A stretch of 64,000 nucleotides of DNA from Acetobacteraceae bacterium (GTDB taxonomy: Bacteria > Pseudomonadota > Alphaproteobacteria > Acetobacterales > Acetobacteraceae): positions 1,411-65,410 of the forward strand of contig DAIDJM010000024.1 of assembly GCA_027451405.1 (NCBI GenBank), given 5' to 3'. Below the pieces are notes generated by a model, which was not told where the DNA came from, did not search any database, and saw nothing but the letters and a program-made list of their open reading frames with translations. Position numbers and translations under genes: made by a program. How positions within the stretch are numbered: position 1 is the stretch's first letter; every line of letters starts with the position of its first letter. Positions 1-8,906 of this stretch are shown here, piece by piece.

Positions 1-620
1 CTCGTGTAGATCATCCCAGGCAGGGTGGCTGTCCAGTGCTGTGCCCCGGTCAACGCGTCCAGGGCAATGACTTCACCGACGCCGACGGTGCCACCAGCCC
101 CGCCATTGTTGGCAGGTATATAAAGAATGCCCCCTGAGACAACCGGTGAGCCCCAAACAGCTTGCCTGAAAAAGAGGCCAAGCGGTATGTCCACGTGCCA
201 TAATGGCGCGAGCTTGGTAACAGTTGCGCTGGTGATGGCGGTTTCGTTGGGGTTGTTATAGGTCTGCTGGCTGTTGAACCCTGCCATGCCCCAATCCCAC
301 AAATTCAGCAGGACAGCGGTTGCGGCGGTGTTGCTGACCTCACCGACGGCGGTGACGTTGTGCTTGCCCGGCTGCAAGGTGGTGGGCACGGTGATGGTCT
401 GCTTGAAGCCGCCGCTGGCATTGCTGGCGGTGAGTTGTATGTTGGTCGTGTCGATTTAGATATTAACCGGTTCCGAGGCGGCGAAGCCGCTGCCATCGAC
501 GGCCACGTTGCCGCCGGGCTGGGTCTGGCTCGGGTGAAGTGAGATTGCGGGCGCGGCGAGTGCCGTGCTTGCGCACAGCGCCAGCGCGGCTGCGCTGAGC
601 GTAAACTGAGTCATGGACAT
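1..620 (-). pseudogene. Secreted Ig-like + PQQ/BamB-type beta-propeller repeat protein; 3' end runs off the window; interrupted by an in-frame TAA at 458..456
   Basis: Minus-strand ATG at 620 gives the signal peptide MSMTQFTLSAAALALCASTALAAP. The frame then reads ...GSGFAASEPVNI-TAA-IDTTNIQLTASNASGGFKQTITVP... and stays open to position 1 (...SPVVSGGILYIPANNGGAGGTVGVGEVIALDALTGAQHW...). I translated the whole stretch by hand and found no other stop. Confidence 0.55.
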
Positions 621-764
621 GATTAGGCTCTTTCCACCTTTCCGACTGGCCCGCGACCGAGCTTGATTGCGTCGTAATTATGCGGACATCGTTTTTATTG
701 TCAATTCTGCAGGGGCAAGTCTCTGGCGGGCCGGCGGCGTCTTGGTCCACGACCCCTCACCCAA

Positions 765-787
765 CCCTCTCCCCGAAGGGGAGAGGG
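765..787. other. GC-rich stem-loop CCCTCTCCCC-GAA-GGGGAGAGGG downstream of bioF
   Basis: Perfect 10-bp inverted repeat with a 3-nt loop, next to REP-A copy A1. No T-run follows it, so a terminator role is uncertain. Confidence 0.3.
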
Positions 788-792
788 CTTGC

Positions 793-853
793 GGGGTCTG
801 GGGCCTTTCGGCCCCAGCGGAGTGCAGAGGCGGAGCCTCTGCCCGCCGGAGGC
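793..853 (+). repeat. REP-A copy A1 (forward)
   Basis: GGGGTCTGGGGCCTTTCGGCCCCAGCGGAGTGCAGAGGCGGAGCCTCTGCCCGCCGGAGGC. Hairpin 1 is GGGGCC-TTTC-GGCCCC and hairpin 2 is GCAGAGGC-GGA-GCCTCTGC. Confidence 0.9.
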
Positions 854-858
854 GCGTT

Positions 859-2028
859 TTATGCGGCTCGATGCAGCCAGAGGGATTTCATCGCCGCCGC
901 GAGTTGTTCCAGGTCGGCGTCCGTGTGGGCGGCGGAGAGGGCGACGCGGAGGCGGCTGGTGCCCGGCGGGACCGTGGGGGGGCGGATGGGGATGGCGAGG
1001 AGGCCGGCTTCGCGGAGGTGGGTCGCGAGGGTGAGGGCGGCGGATTCTTCGCCGATGATGGCGGGGATGATTTGTGTGGTGCTGGCGGCGGTGTCGATGC
1101 CTAGGGCGGCGAGTTCGGTGCGGAGGCGGGTGGCGTTGGTGGCGAGGCGGGTGCGGGCTTCGTCCAGCGTGGGGAGAAGGTCGAGGGCGGCGGTGATGGC
1201 GCCGAGGACGGGTGGGGGGAGGGCGGTGGTGTAGACGAAGCCGCTGCAGGCGTTGGTGAGGTAGTCGATCAGGGGGCGGCTGCCGGCGACGAAGGCGCCG
1301 AAGCTGCCGAGCGCCTTGCTGAAGGTGCCCATGACGAGGTCGGGGGCGGCGAGGTGGGAGAGGCCGGCGCCGGCGGGGCCGAGGGCGCCGGTGGCGTGGG
1401 CTTCGTCGAGATAGAGGAAGGCGTCGTGGCGGTCGGCGAGGGCGCGGAGGCGGGGGAGGTCGGGGGTGTCGCCGTCCATCGAGAAGACGGATTCGGTGAC
1501 GATGATTTTGGGGCCGGGCGGGGCGGCGGCGAGGCTCGCGTCGAGGGCAGTGAGGTCGTTGTGGGGGTAGATCGTCGGTTTGATGCCGGCGGCGCGGATG
1601 CCGTGGATGAGGCTCGCGTGGTTGAGCGCGTCGCTGAAGAGGGTGGTTTCGGGGCCGGTGGCGCGGAGCAGGGCGGGGAGGATGGAGGCGTTGGCCTGCC
1701 AGCCGGAGGCGAGGATGAGGGCGGCTTCCTGGCCTTTGAGGGCGGCGATGCGGGATTCGATTTCGAGGTGGAGGTCGTGGGTGCCGGTGACGAGGCGGGA
1801 GGCGCCGGCGCCGGTGCCGTAGCGGGCGGCGGCGGCGCGGGCGCCTTCGATGAGGGCCGGGTGGGTGGCCAGGCCGAGATAGTCGTTGCTGGAAAAGTCG
1901 ATGAGCGGCTGGCCGTCGCGGAGGAGGCGGGCGGGGGCGGTCTGGGCGACGGGGGTGAGGGTGCGGCGGCGGCCGGCGCGGGCTAGGGCGGCGAGCTTGT
2001 CTGCGAAGAGTTCGTCGAGCCGGGCCAT
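859..2028 (-). CDS. bioF: 8-amino-7-oxononanoate synthase (alpha-oxoamine synthase family)
   Basis: 389-aa ORF with DFSSNDYLGL and the PLP-lysine context GTFSKALGSFGAFVAG. Length is typical of BioF. Confidence 0.85.
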   Translation of the reverse strand: MARLDELFADKLAALARAGRRRTLTPVAQTAPARLLRDGQPLIDFSSNDYLGLATHPALIEGARAAAARYGTGAGASRLVTGTHDLHLEIESRIAALKGQEAALILASGWQANASILPALLRATGPETTLFSDALNHASLIHGIRAAGIKPTIYPHNDLTALDASLAAAPPGPKIIVTESVFSMDGDTPDLPRLRALADRHDAFLYLDEAHATGALGPAGAGLSHLAAPDLVMGTFSKALGSFGAFVAGSRPLIDYLTNACSGFVYTTALPPPVLGAITAALDLLPTLDEARTRLATNATRLRTELAALGIDTAASTTQIIPAIIGEESAALTLATHLREAGLLAIPIRPPTVPPGTSRLRVALSAAHTDADLEQLAAAMKSLWLHRAA

Positions 2029-2037
2029 TTGAGGATT

Positions 2038-2095
2038 GCCTCCGGCGGCCCGGGCTCTGCCCGGGACCCGCTGGGGCCATAGGGCCCCAGACCCC
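2038..2095 (-). repeat. REP-A copy A2 (reverse); left half of an empty doublet
   Basis: GCCTCCGGCGGCCCGGGCTCTGCCCGGGACCCGCTGGGGCCATAGGGCCCCAGACCCC. Confidence 0.9.
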
Positions 2096-2141
2096 GTTAC
2101 TTTACATACGCGTTGATGCAGCCGGGGTCATCTGAAGTAAT

Positions 2142-2202
2142 GGGGTCTGGGGCCTTTCGGCCCCAGCGGAGTGCAGAGGCAGAGCCTCTGCCCGCCGGAG
2201 GC
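2142..2202 (+). repeat. REP-A copy A3 (forward); right half of an empty doublet
   Basis: Near-identical to A1. Separated from A2 by a 46-nt AT-richer spacer. Confidence 0.9.
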
Positions 2203-2216
2203 ACGCCCCAAAGAAA

Positions 2217-2669
2217 TCAACGCTGCCGGGCCTTACGCGCCGCGTATTTCGCATCCCGGATCGCCTTCCGCTCCGCGCGGATGGCTTCGTCGCGCAGGCG
2301 GGCGGCTTCGGCGGCGGCTTCCTCGGCGGCGCGGCGGGCGGCTTCGGCGGCGGCGGCTTCGGCGGCGCGGCGGGCTTCTTCCTCGGCGCGGATGCGCTCG
2401 CGCTCGGCGGCGCGGGCGGCGCGGGCTTCGGCGACGCGCTTGCGTTCCTCGATATGGGCCTGGACCCGGGGATCGTCGGGGCCGGGGGCTTTGCGGAAGC
2501 GCTCGAGCATGGCCTGGCGGGCCTCGGCCGCGGCTTTCGCGCGGTCCTGGAAGGAGTCGAACTTGAAGGCCAAGCGGGGTCGGTCCTCTGGGTTGAGGGG
2601 TCCGGCGGGGCGGGCCCGTGAGGTTGGGGGCGATGCGGCGGGCGCGGGGCCTGCCGGATCGCGCGTCAT
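2217..2669 (-). CDS. Small Ala/Arg/Glu-rich protein (DUF6481-like); start uncertain
   Basis: This is the C-terminal 150 codons of track ORF 2217..5447: ...PRLAFKFDSFQDRAKAAAEARQAMLERFRKAPGPDDPRVQAHIEERK... The rest of that 1076-aa ORF is an Arg/Pro shadow frame antisense to chvG, hprK and rapZ. Confidence 0.6.
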   Translation of the reverse strand: MTRDPAGPAPAASPPTSRARPAGPLNPEDRPRLAFKFDSFQDRAKAAAEARQAMLERFRKAPGPDDPRVQAHIEERKRVAEARAARAAERERIRAEEEARRAAEAAAAEAARRAAEEAAAEAARLRDEAIRAERKAIRDAKYAARKARQR

Positions 2670-2702
2670 ATAGAAGCCGCCCTGGATTTCCAGCCCTGCG
2701 CT

Positions 2703-4382
2703 GTGCAGATAGTCGCCATGCCCGACGCCAGCGGCACGATCGCGCCTACCGTGACGCGCCCGCCGCGGCGGGAGCGGTGGGTCTCGCCGCTGCTGCGGCG
2801 GATCCTGCTCGTCAATCTGGTGCCGCTGGCGCTGCTGCTGGCGGCGGTGCTGTATCTCGACCAGTATCAGGACGGCCTGCTGGAGGCGGAGGTCAGCGCG
2901 CTGCGGGAGCAGGCGCGGATTTATGCCGGGGCGCTCGGCGAGAGCGCGGTGCGGGTGACCGATCCGAACAATCCGGTGCTGATCCCGGAGATCGCGCGGC
3001 CGCTGCTGCGGCGGCTGACCGAGCCCACGCCGAACGCGGAGGCGAAGATCTATGCGCCGGACGGGGCGCTGATCGCGGACAGCCGGGTGCGGCCGGGGGC
3101 GGGAGGGGCGGTGACGACCGAGCCGCTGCCGCCGCCGACGCCGCGCGGGACGGTCGTGGGGATCGTGGGCCAGGTCTATGACTGGCTGACCCGGGTGCTG
3201 CCGCATCAGCATGCGCCGCAATTGTCGCTGGCGGCAAACGGGGCGGGGGTGGAGTGGCAGCCGGACGTGCGCGAGGAGATCCGGCTTTCGAGCAGCGACG
3301 ACAGCCATGAGATGCCGCCTTATATCCGGCGGACCTCGGACGGGCGGCTTCTGGTTACGGTATCGGAACCGGTGGAGCGGGACCGGCATACGGTGGGGAT
3401 CGTGCTGCTGACGCGCGACGCGCGGGAGGTGGATAATTCGCTGATTGCCGTGCGCGTCTCGATCGTCGAGCTGTTTCTGCTGGCGCTGCTGCTGACGGTT
3501 TTGCTGTCGTGGTACATGTCGCTGACCATCGCGCGGCCGATCCTGCGGCTGGCGGAGGCGGCGCACGATATGCGCGAGGGGCGCGGGCGGGCGGGGGCGG
3601 TGCCGCGGAATTTGTTGCGACGTCGCGATGAGGTGGGCGAGCTGGGGCAGGCGCTGGCGGCGTCGGCGTCGGCGCTGTGGGCGCGGATGGATGCGATCGA
3701 GCGGTTCGCGGCCGATGTCGCGCACGAGATCAAGAACCCGCTGAGCTCGATCCGGAGCGCGATCGATACGCTGCGCCGGGTGGAGGATGCGCGCGCGCAG
3801 GCGCGGCTGTTGCGGATCATGCAGGACGACGTGCAGCGGCTCGACCGGCTGATCAGCGATATTTCGGATGCGAGCCGGGTGGATGCGGAATTGTCGCGCG
3901 CGGTGACCGAGCCGGTGGACGTGGCGAAGATCATCCGGACGCTGGCCGAGATTTCGGAGGCGACGCGGCGGCAGGACGGGCCGGTGGTGGTGGCGGATCT
4001 GCCGGCGGGAAGGCTCTGCGTCGAGGGGGTGGAGGGGCGGCTCGTGCAGGTGCTGCGCAACCTGATCGCGAACGCGGAGAGTTTTTCGCCGCCGAACGGG
4101 CGCATCGTGGCGCGGGCGCGGGAGACCGGGGCGATGGTGGAGATCGCGGTGGAGGACGAGGGTCAGGGTATTCCGGACGGGAATCTCGACCATGTGTTCG
4201 ACCGGTTTTATTCCGAGCGGCCGGTGGGCGAGAGTTTCGGCAAACATTCGGGGCTCGGGCTGTCGATCAGCCGGCAGATCGTGGAGGCGCTGCACGGGCG
4301 GATTTCGGCCGAGAACCGGCGGGACGAGTCGGGGCGGGTGCTGGGCGCGCGGTTCGTCGTGCGCCTGCCGAAAGCGGCTTGA
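2703..4382 (+). CDS. chvG: Sensor histidine kinase, ChvG/ExoS-like
   Basis: Two TM segments flank a periplasmic region. H-box FAADVAHEIKNPLSSI and ATPase motifs (GLGLSISRQIV) are present. The gene sits directly upstream of hprK, as in alphaproteobacterial chvG-hprK loci. Confidence 0.8.
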   Translation: MQIVAMPDASGTIAPTVTRPPRRERWVSPLLRRILLVNLVPLALLLAAVLYLDQYQDGLLEAEVSALREQARIYAGALGESAVRVTDPNNPVLIPEIARPLLRRLTEPTPNAEAKIYAPDGALIADSRVRPGAGGAVTTEPLPPPTPRGTVVGIVGQVYDWLTRVLPHQHAPQLSLAANGAGVEWQPDVREEIRLSSSDDSHEMPPYIRRTSDGRLLVTVSEPVERDRHTVGIVLLTRDAREVDNSLIAVRVSIVELFLLALLLTVLLSWYMSLTIARPILRLAEAAHDMREGRGRAGAVPRNLLRRRDEVGELGQALAASASALWARMDAIERFAADVAHEIKNPLSSIRSAIDTLRRVEDARAQARLLRIMQDDVQRLDRLISDISDASRVDAELSRAVTEPVDVAKIIRTLAEISEATRRQDGPVVVADLPAGRLCVEGVEGRLVQVLRNLIANAESFSPPNGRIVARARETGAMVEIAVEDEGQGIPDGNLDHVFDRFYSERPVGESFGKHSGLGLSISRQIVEALHGRISAENRRDESGRVLGARFVVRLPKAA

Positions 4383-4440
4383 TGGGCGGGCAACGGCGGC
4401 GCGAGGCTCGCGTTGGGCGGCATCGGGCCGGAGCGCGGCG

Positions 4441-4863
4441 GTGAGCGAGAGCCTGCACGGGACCTGTGTGGCGCGGGAGGGAGAGGGCGTGTTGCTGCTC
4501 GGGCCGCCCGGGGCGGGCAAGTCGGACCTGGCGCTGCGGCTGATCGGGCTCGGCTTCACGCTCGTCGCGGATGATCGCGTGATCGTGCGGGATGGTGTAG
4601 CGAGCGCGCCGGCAAGGCTGGCGGGGCTTCTGGAAGTGCGGGGGCTGGGCTTGGTCCGGTTGCGGCATGAGGCGGCGGCGCGGTTGCGGCTCGTGGTCGA
4701 GCTCGGGCCGGGCGAGCGGTTGCCGGCGGCGGCGCGGGATGCGCGGTTCGGGCTGCCGCTGGTGTGGATCGAGGCGGGAGCGGCTTCGGCGGCGGCGCGG
4801 GTGGCGCTGGCGCTCGATTGCGCGCTCGGGCGGGTGGCGAGCGTGGCCGGGGCGTTCGCGTGA
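4441..4863 (+). CDS. hprK: HPr kinase/phosphorylase, short alphaproteobacterial form
   Basis: VSESLHGTCVAREGEGVLLLGPPGAGKSDLALRLIGLGFTLVADDRV (P-loop). I chose the GTG start at 4441, which gives 140 aa. The track ORF begins further upstream at 4192. Confidence 0.8.
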   Translation: MSESLHGTCVAREGEGVLLLGPPGAGKSDLALRLIGLGFTLVADDRVIVRDGVASAPARLAGLLEVRGLGLVRLRHEAAARLRLVVELGPGERLPAAARDARFGLPLVWIEAGAASAAARVALALDCALGRVASVAGAFA

Positions 4864-5837
4864 GCGGGTCCGAGGCAAGGCGGGTGGTGGTGGTGACCGG
4901 GCTTTCGGGCGCGGGCAAGGCCAGCATCCTGCGGGTGCTCGAGGATTGCGGCTACGAGGCGGTGGACAATCCGCCGTTGCTGCTGATGGAGGAGCTGGTC
5001 GGGCGCGGCGAGGGGCCGATGGCGGTGGGCGTGGATGCGCGCAGCCGTGGCTTCGATGCGCGGGCGGTGCTCGCCGTGATGGCGCGGCTGCGCGGCATGC
5101 CGGGGCTGCGGCCGGAGCTGGTGTTCGCGGCGGCGGACGAGGCGGTGCTGCTGCGGCGCTTCACCGAGACGCGGCGGCGGCATCCGATGGCGCCGCGCGG
5201 GCAGGTGACGGACGGGATCGCCGCCGAGACGGCGATGCTGGCGCCGCTGCGCGAGGCGGCGGATTTGGTGATCGACACGTCCGAGATGCCGTTGCCGGCG
5301 ATGCGCGGGCGGGTGGAGGCGCTGTTCGGCGCGGTGCCGGGGGGTGTGCCGCCGATGACCGTGTCGCTGATCTCGTTTTCCTACCCCGCCGGTGTGCCGC
5401 GGGAAGCAGATCTGGTCTTCGATGCGCGCTTCCTGCGGAATCCCCACTACGATCCCATCTTACGGGACCGGACCGGCCTCGATCCGAGCGTTGGCGCTTA
5501 TGTCGAGGCGGACCCGGACTACGAGCCGTTCGTGGAGAAGATAACCGATCTGTTAGGTCTGCTCTTGCCGCGCTTCGTACGCGAAGGCAAGAAATACGCG
5601 AGCGTCGCCATCGGGTGCACGGGGGGGCGGCATAGGAGCGTTCATCTGGTGGAAGTTCTCGCGCGCAGGCTGGAGCCAGGCGGCGGGACACCTCCCTGGC
5701 GCGTGACAGTGGTCCATCGCGACATGAACAGGACGGCACGGCAGGGACCCGACACCGGCTTGCATCGCTGGATGGCGGAGGAGGGCGGCGCGACGAAGGC
5801 GGGGCCGCGCGAGACGGTGCAGGCGCAGGAGGCCTGA
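4860..5837 (+). CDS. rapZ: RNase adapter / P-loop NTPase RapZ (YhbJ family)
   Basis: The GTG at 4860 overlaps the hprK stop (GTGA). Motifs VVVVTGLSGAGKAS and IGCTGGRHRSV are present. Confidence 0.85.
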   Translation: MSGSEARRVVVVTGLSGAGKASILRVLEDCGYEAVDNPPLLLMEELVGRGEGPMAVGVDARSRGFDARAVLAVMARLRGMPGLRPELVFAAADEAVLLRRFTETRRRHPMAPRGQVTDGIAAETAMLAPLREAADLVIDTSEMPLPAMRGRVEALFGAVPGGVPPMTVSLISFSYPAGVPREADLVFDARFLRNPHYDPILRDRTGLDPSVGAYVEADPDYEPFVEKITDLLGLLLPRFVREGKKYASVAIGCTGGRHRSVHLVEVLARRLEPGGGTPPWRVTVVHRDMNRTARQGPDTGLHRWMAEEGGATKAGPRETVQAQEA

Positions 5838-5845
5838 TCGACGCA

Positions 5846-6334
5846 ATGATCGGTATGGTTCTGGTCACCCACGGGCGGTTGGCCGAAGAGTTGCGCAAGG
5901 CCATGGAGCACGTGGTCGGACCGCAGCGCGGCGTGGGGACCATCTGCATCGGCGCCGAGGACGATGTGGAAGCGACCCGGCTGGCGATCCAGCGCACCAT
6001 CGAAAGCGTCGATTGCGGCGACGGCGTGGTGCTGCTCACCGACATGTATGGGGGGACGCCGAGCAATCTCGCGATCTCGATGATGGAGCGCGGGGGGGTG
6101 GAGGTGATCGCCGGCGTCAATCTGCCGATGCTGGTGAAGCTGGCGAAGGTGCGGTCGCACCATACGCTCGATGAATGCGTGGGCTGGGCCGAGGCGGCGG
6201 GGCGGAAATATATCGCGGCGGCATCGCACGTGATGGGGAGCGGGGCGACGCCCAATCTGTGCAAGCTCGATCCGCGGAATGGGGCGGCGGAGCCGTCGCC
6301 AGTGCCGATTCCAGCCATCAAGGCGCAGGCCTGA
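5846..6334 (+). CDS. PTS EIIA component, mannose family
   Basis: MIGMVLVTHGRLAEEL... (phospho-His context), then LLTDMYGGTPSN and IAGVNLPMLV. Confidence 0.85.
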   Translation: MIGMVLVTHGRLAEELRKAMEHVVGPQRGVGTICIGAEDDVEATRLAIQRTIESVDCGDGVVLLTDMYGGTPSNLAISMMERGGVEVIAGVNLPMLVKLAKVRSHHTLDECVGWAEAAGRKYIAAASHVMGSGATPNLCKLDPRNGAAEPSPVPIPAIKAQA

Positions 6335-6336
6335 GC

Positions 6337-6478
6337 GAGCGTGCTTGAGAACCGGTTCTGGCGGCCGTCTGACGGCGATTTCCTGCGCTCCGGTGCTCAC
6401 GGGCATCAAGCCCGCTCCGCTCCGGTGCTCGAAAATCGCCGCCAGCCGACTCGCCATAACCGGTTCTCAAACACGCTC
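6337..6478 (+). repeat. PAL-B copy B1 (142-nt long palindrome)
   Basis: Outer arms are GAGCGTGCTTGAGAACCGGTT...AACCGGTTCTCAAACACGCTC. Core motifs are CTGGCGGCCGTCTGACGGCG, GCGCTCCGGTGCTCACGG, CCGCTCCGCTCCGG and CGCCGCCAGCCGAC. Confidence 0.85.
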
Positions 6479-6505
6479 AGAGGGCTTGAGGCGGGCTGAA
6501 GTGAT

Positions 6506-6602
6506 GGGGTTTGGGGCCTTTCGGCCCCAATGGGCTCGCCAATGGTGCGCCATTGGACCAAGCACCAATGGCGAGGGGGCAAAGCCCCTGCCCGCTGGAG
6601 GC
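6506..6602 (+). repeat. REP-A copy A4 (forward, long variant with ~40-nt internal insertion)
   Basis: GGGGTTTGGGGCCTTTCGGCCCCAATGGG, then insert CTCGCCAATGGTGCGCCATTGGACCAAGCACCAATGGCGAG, then GGGGCAAAGCCCCTGCCCGCTGGAGGC. Confidence 0.8.
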
Positions 6603-6613
6603 CAGTCTCACGA

Positions 6614-6904
6614 ATGAGCGGCGAAGGGGAGGTTGTCGTCACCCGGCAGGTGACGATCGTGAACCGGCGCGGGCTGCATGCGCGCGCCGCCGCCAAGCTC
6701 GTCACCGCGGCGGAGCGCTATTCCTCGAATGTCGAGGTGGTGCGGGATGGGCAGGCGGTCTCGGCGCGGTCCATCATGGGGCTCATGATGCTGGGGGCCG
6801 GCATGGGGTCCACGATCGAGCTGCGCGCGACGGGGTTCGATGCGCATGAGGCGCTCGATGGTCTGGCCGGTCTCATCGAGTCCGGCTTCCATGAGCAGGA
6901 CTGA
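6614..6904 (+). CDS. ptsH: HPr-family phosphocarrier protein
   Basis: MSGEGEVVVTRQVTIVNRRGLHARAAAKLV (His-15 motif) and SARSIMGLMMLGA (Ser-46 region). The ATG at 6614 was chosen because the track start at 6530 lies inside repeat A4. Confidence 0.85.
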   Translation: MSGEGEVVVTRQVTIVNRRGLHARAAAKLVTAAERYSSNVEVVRDGQAVSARSIMGLMMLGAGMGSTIELRATGFDAHEALDGLAGLIESGFHEQD

Positions 6905-8699
6905 GTCGCGGCGACCCGCGCCGCCACGCGAGCGGCGGCTTTCCGGCATCGGCGTCAGCGCCGGCATCGCGATCGGGCCCATTTTCACCGCGCGCGAGCC
7001 GGCGCTCGAGGTGGCGCGCGGCACCATCGAGGCCGACGCTGTAGATGCGGAGCTGCAACGTCTTGCCGCCTCGGTCGCGCGCTCGCAGAAGCAGCTCGGC
7101 AAGTTGCGCGTGCGGCTCTCGGTGTTGCCCGAGGAAGGCGAGCAGGAAATCGCGCCGCTGATCGATGCCTATGCGCATATGCTGGGCCATTCGCGGCTGA
7201 TGCGGGAGGTGCGGCGGCGGATCGCCGAGCAGCGCGTGACGGCCGAGACCGCGGTGATGGACGAGGTGGAGGCGCTGGCCGCGGCGATGCTCGGGCCGGC
7301 GGGAGCCCGGCGCGACGACGAGGCCGAGAGCCGGCAGCGGCGGGCCGACGAGATCCGCGAGACCGGGCGGCGTCTGTTGCGCAACCTGGTGCAGGCGCCG
7401 TTTCGCAATTTCGCCAACGTGCCGCAGGGCGCGATCCTGTTCGCGGAGATGCTGCGGCCCTCCGACGCGGCGCTGATCGATCCGGGACGGATCGCCGGCA
7501 TCGCGACCGAGGAGGGCGGCGTGCAGGGGCATACCGCGATCATGCTGCGGGCGCTCGGCGTGCCGGCGGTGATGGGTGCGGCCGGGCTGCTCGCGGGGGC
7601 GAAGAGCGCGCGGCTCGCGGTGGTCGATGGCGAGGCGGGGTGTGTCACGCTGAGCCCGCTGCCGCGGACGGTTGCTGATGCGAAACAAGGGATCGCGGCA
7701 CTGGCGCGGGAGCGGCAGCGGCTCTCGCGGCTGCGGCGGCTGCCGGCCATCACCACCGATCAGGAGCCGGTGGAGCTGCAGAGCAATCTCGAATTGCTGG
7801 CGGAACTGCCGCTGGTGGCGGCCTCGGGCGCGTCCGGGATCGGGCTGTTCCGCACCGAATTCCTGTTCATGAACCGCGAGACGCTGCCGGACGAGCAGGC
7901 CCAGGCGGACACCTACCGCGCGGTGATCGAGGCGATGGATGGGGACGGGGTGACCATCCGCGTGCTGGACTGGGGCGGGGAGAAGGATATCGAGGCGCTC
8001 GCGGCGCGCGGGCTGGTGCCGGATACGCTCGATCACAATCCGGCGCTCGGCGTGCGGGGCTTGCGGTTGCTGCTGCGGCATCTCGATCTTTTCGAGACGC
8101 AACTGGCGGCGATCCTGCTCGCGGCGCGGGCCGGGCCGGTGCGGGTTTTGTTGCCGATGGTTACCAATGTCACCGAGGTGCGGGCGGCGCGGGAAATCTA
8201 CGAGCGGGTGGCGCGGCGGTTGCGCCGGCGGGGCGAGAAGCTGCCGGAAAAGCTGCCCGAACTTGGCATCATGATCGAGACGCCGGGGGCAGCGCTCGCC
8301 GCCGACGCGCTGGCGCTGGAGGCGGATTTCTTCGCGATCGGGACGAACGATCTGGCGATGTACGCGCTCGCGGTGGACCGCGCGGCGGCGGATGTGGCAC
8401 CGCTGTACGACCCGCTGCACCCGGCGGTGCTGCGGCTCATCCAGTTCGCGACCGAGGCGGCGCTGCGGCTGCGTATGCCGGTCTCGGTGTGCGGGGAGAT
8501 GGCGGCCAATCCGCTTCTGACGCCGCTCCTGCTCGGGCTCGGCATCCGCAGCTTCAGCATGAACGCCGGCTCGGTTCCGCGGGTGAAACAGGCGGTGCGG
8601 GGGGTCTCAATCGATGACTGCGCACGGTTCGCGCGGCGGGTGATGGAGCAGAGCGATCCGGAGCGGATCGCGGAGCTCGTGGGGAAGTTCGGGGAGTGA
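6891..8699 (+). CDS. ptsI: Phosphoenolpyruvate-protein phosphotransferase (Enzyme I, no GAF domain)
   Basis: GGVQGHTAIMLRALGVPAV (active-site His), FFAIGTNDL and VCGEMA. The ATG at 6891 overlaps the HPr 3' end by 14 nt. Confidence 0.85.
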   Translation: MSRTESRRPAPPRERRLSGIGVSAGIAIGPIFTAREPALEVARGTIEADAVDAELQRLAASVARSQKQLGKLRVRLSVLPEEGEQEIAPLIDAYAHMLGHSRLMREVRRRIAEQRVTAETAVMDEVEALAAAMLGPAGARRDDEAESRQRRADEIRETGRRLLRNLVQAPFRNFANVPQGAILFAEMLRPSDAALIDPGRIAGIATEEGGVQGHTAIMLRALGVPAVMGAAGLLAGAKSARLAVVDGEAGCVTLSPLPRTVADAKQGIAALARERQRLSRLRRLPAITTDQEPVELQSNLELLAELPLVAASGASGIGLFRTEFLFMNRETLPDEQAQADTYRAVIEAMDGDGVTIRVLDWGGEKDIEALAARGLVPDTLDHNPALGVRGLRLLLRHLDLFETQLAAILLAARAGPVRVLLPMVTNVTEVRAAREIYERVARRLRRRGEKLPEKLPELGIMIETPGAALAADALALEADFFAIGTNDLAMYALAVDRAAADVAPLYDPLHPAVLRLIQFATEAALRLRMPVSVCGEMAANPLLTPLLLGLGIRSFSMNAGSVPRVKQAVRGVSIDDCARFARRVMEQSDPERIAELVGKFGE

Positions 8700-8724
8700 A
8701 GGGGGGGGCGTTTTGTTGAGGCGT

Positions 8725-8782
8725 GCCTCCGGCGGCCCGGGCTCTGCCCGGGACCCGCTGGGGCCGAAAGGCCCCAGACCCC
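8725..8782 (-). repeat. REP-A copy A5 (reverse); left boundary of low-GC island 1
   Basis: GCCTCCGGCGGCCCGGGCTCTGCCCGGGACCCGCTGGGGCCGAAAGGCCCCAGACCCC. Confidence 0.9.
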
Positions 8783-8852
8783 GTTTCGTTCCGGTCTGTG
8801 GAGCGTGTTTGCGGGCTCACATCTGGTTCGGGCGGGCCCAATTTTGGTTGCA

Positions 8853-8867
8853 TCGATTGAGAATCGA
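8853..8867. promoter_or_regulatory. Palindrome TCGATT-GAG-AATCGA within a possible promoter (TTGCAT-N18-TAAACT) upstream of the HslV-like gene
   Basis: Perfect 6-bp inverted repeat about 40 nt upstream of the ATG at 8907. The promoter hexamers are weak matches by eye only. Confidence 0.2.
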
Positions 8868-8906
8868 CCATTAAACTAATGGGCTCTTGGTTGGCGGAAC
8901 CTGCGC

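Noticed and set aside
701-2080. 459-aa Arg/Pro-rich ORF overlapping bioF on the same strand in another frame. Similar very long ORFs lie at 2217..5447 (N-terminal ~925 aa), 6873..8420, 13170..16781, 17740..19611, 31316..34846, 35058..36305 and 37754..39502.
   Set aside because: These are classic high-GC shadow ORFs. They have extreme Arg/Pro/His composition and no recognisable motifs. Each overlaps, in another frame or antisense, a gene with strong family signatures (bioF, chvG/hprK/rapZ, ptsI, ileS, mutL, the membrane protein, gcvT, gcvP).
6530-6613. N-terminal extensions of track ORFs that run through repeats. Examples are HPr from 6530, pirin from 31616, typA to 26818, the propeller gene to 31764, the island-2 gene to 30910, mutL from 17893 and ileS from 13752.
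   Set aside because: The extra residues are simply translations of REP-A, PAL-B or ATR-C elements, and the same peptides recur in non-coding contexts. Conserved protein N-termini begin at internal start codons.
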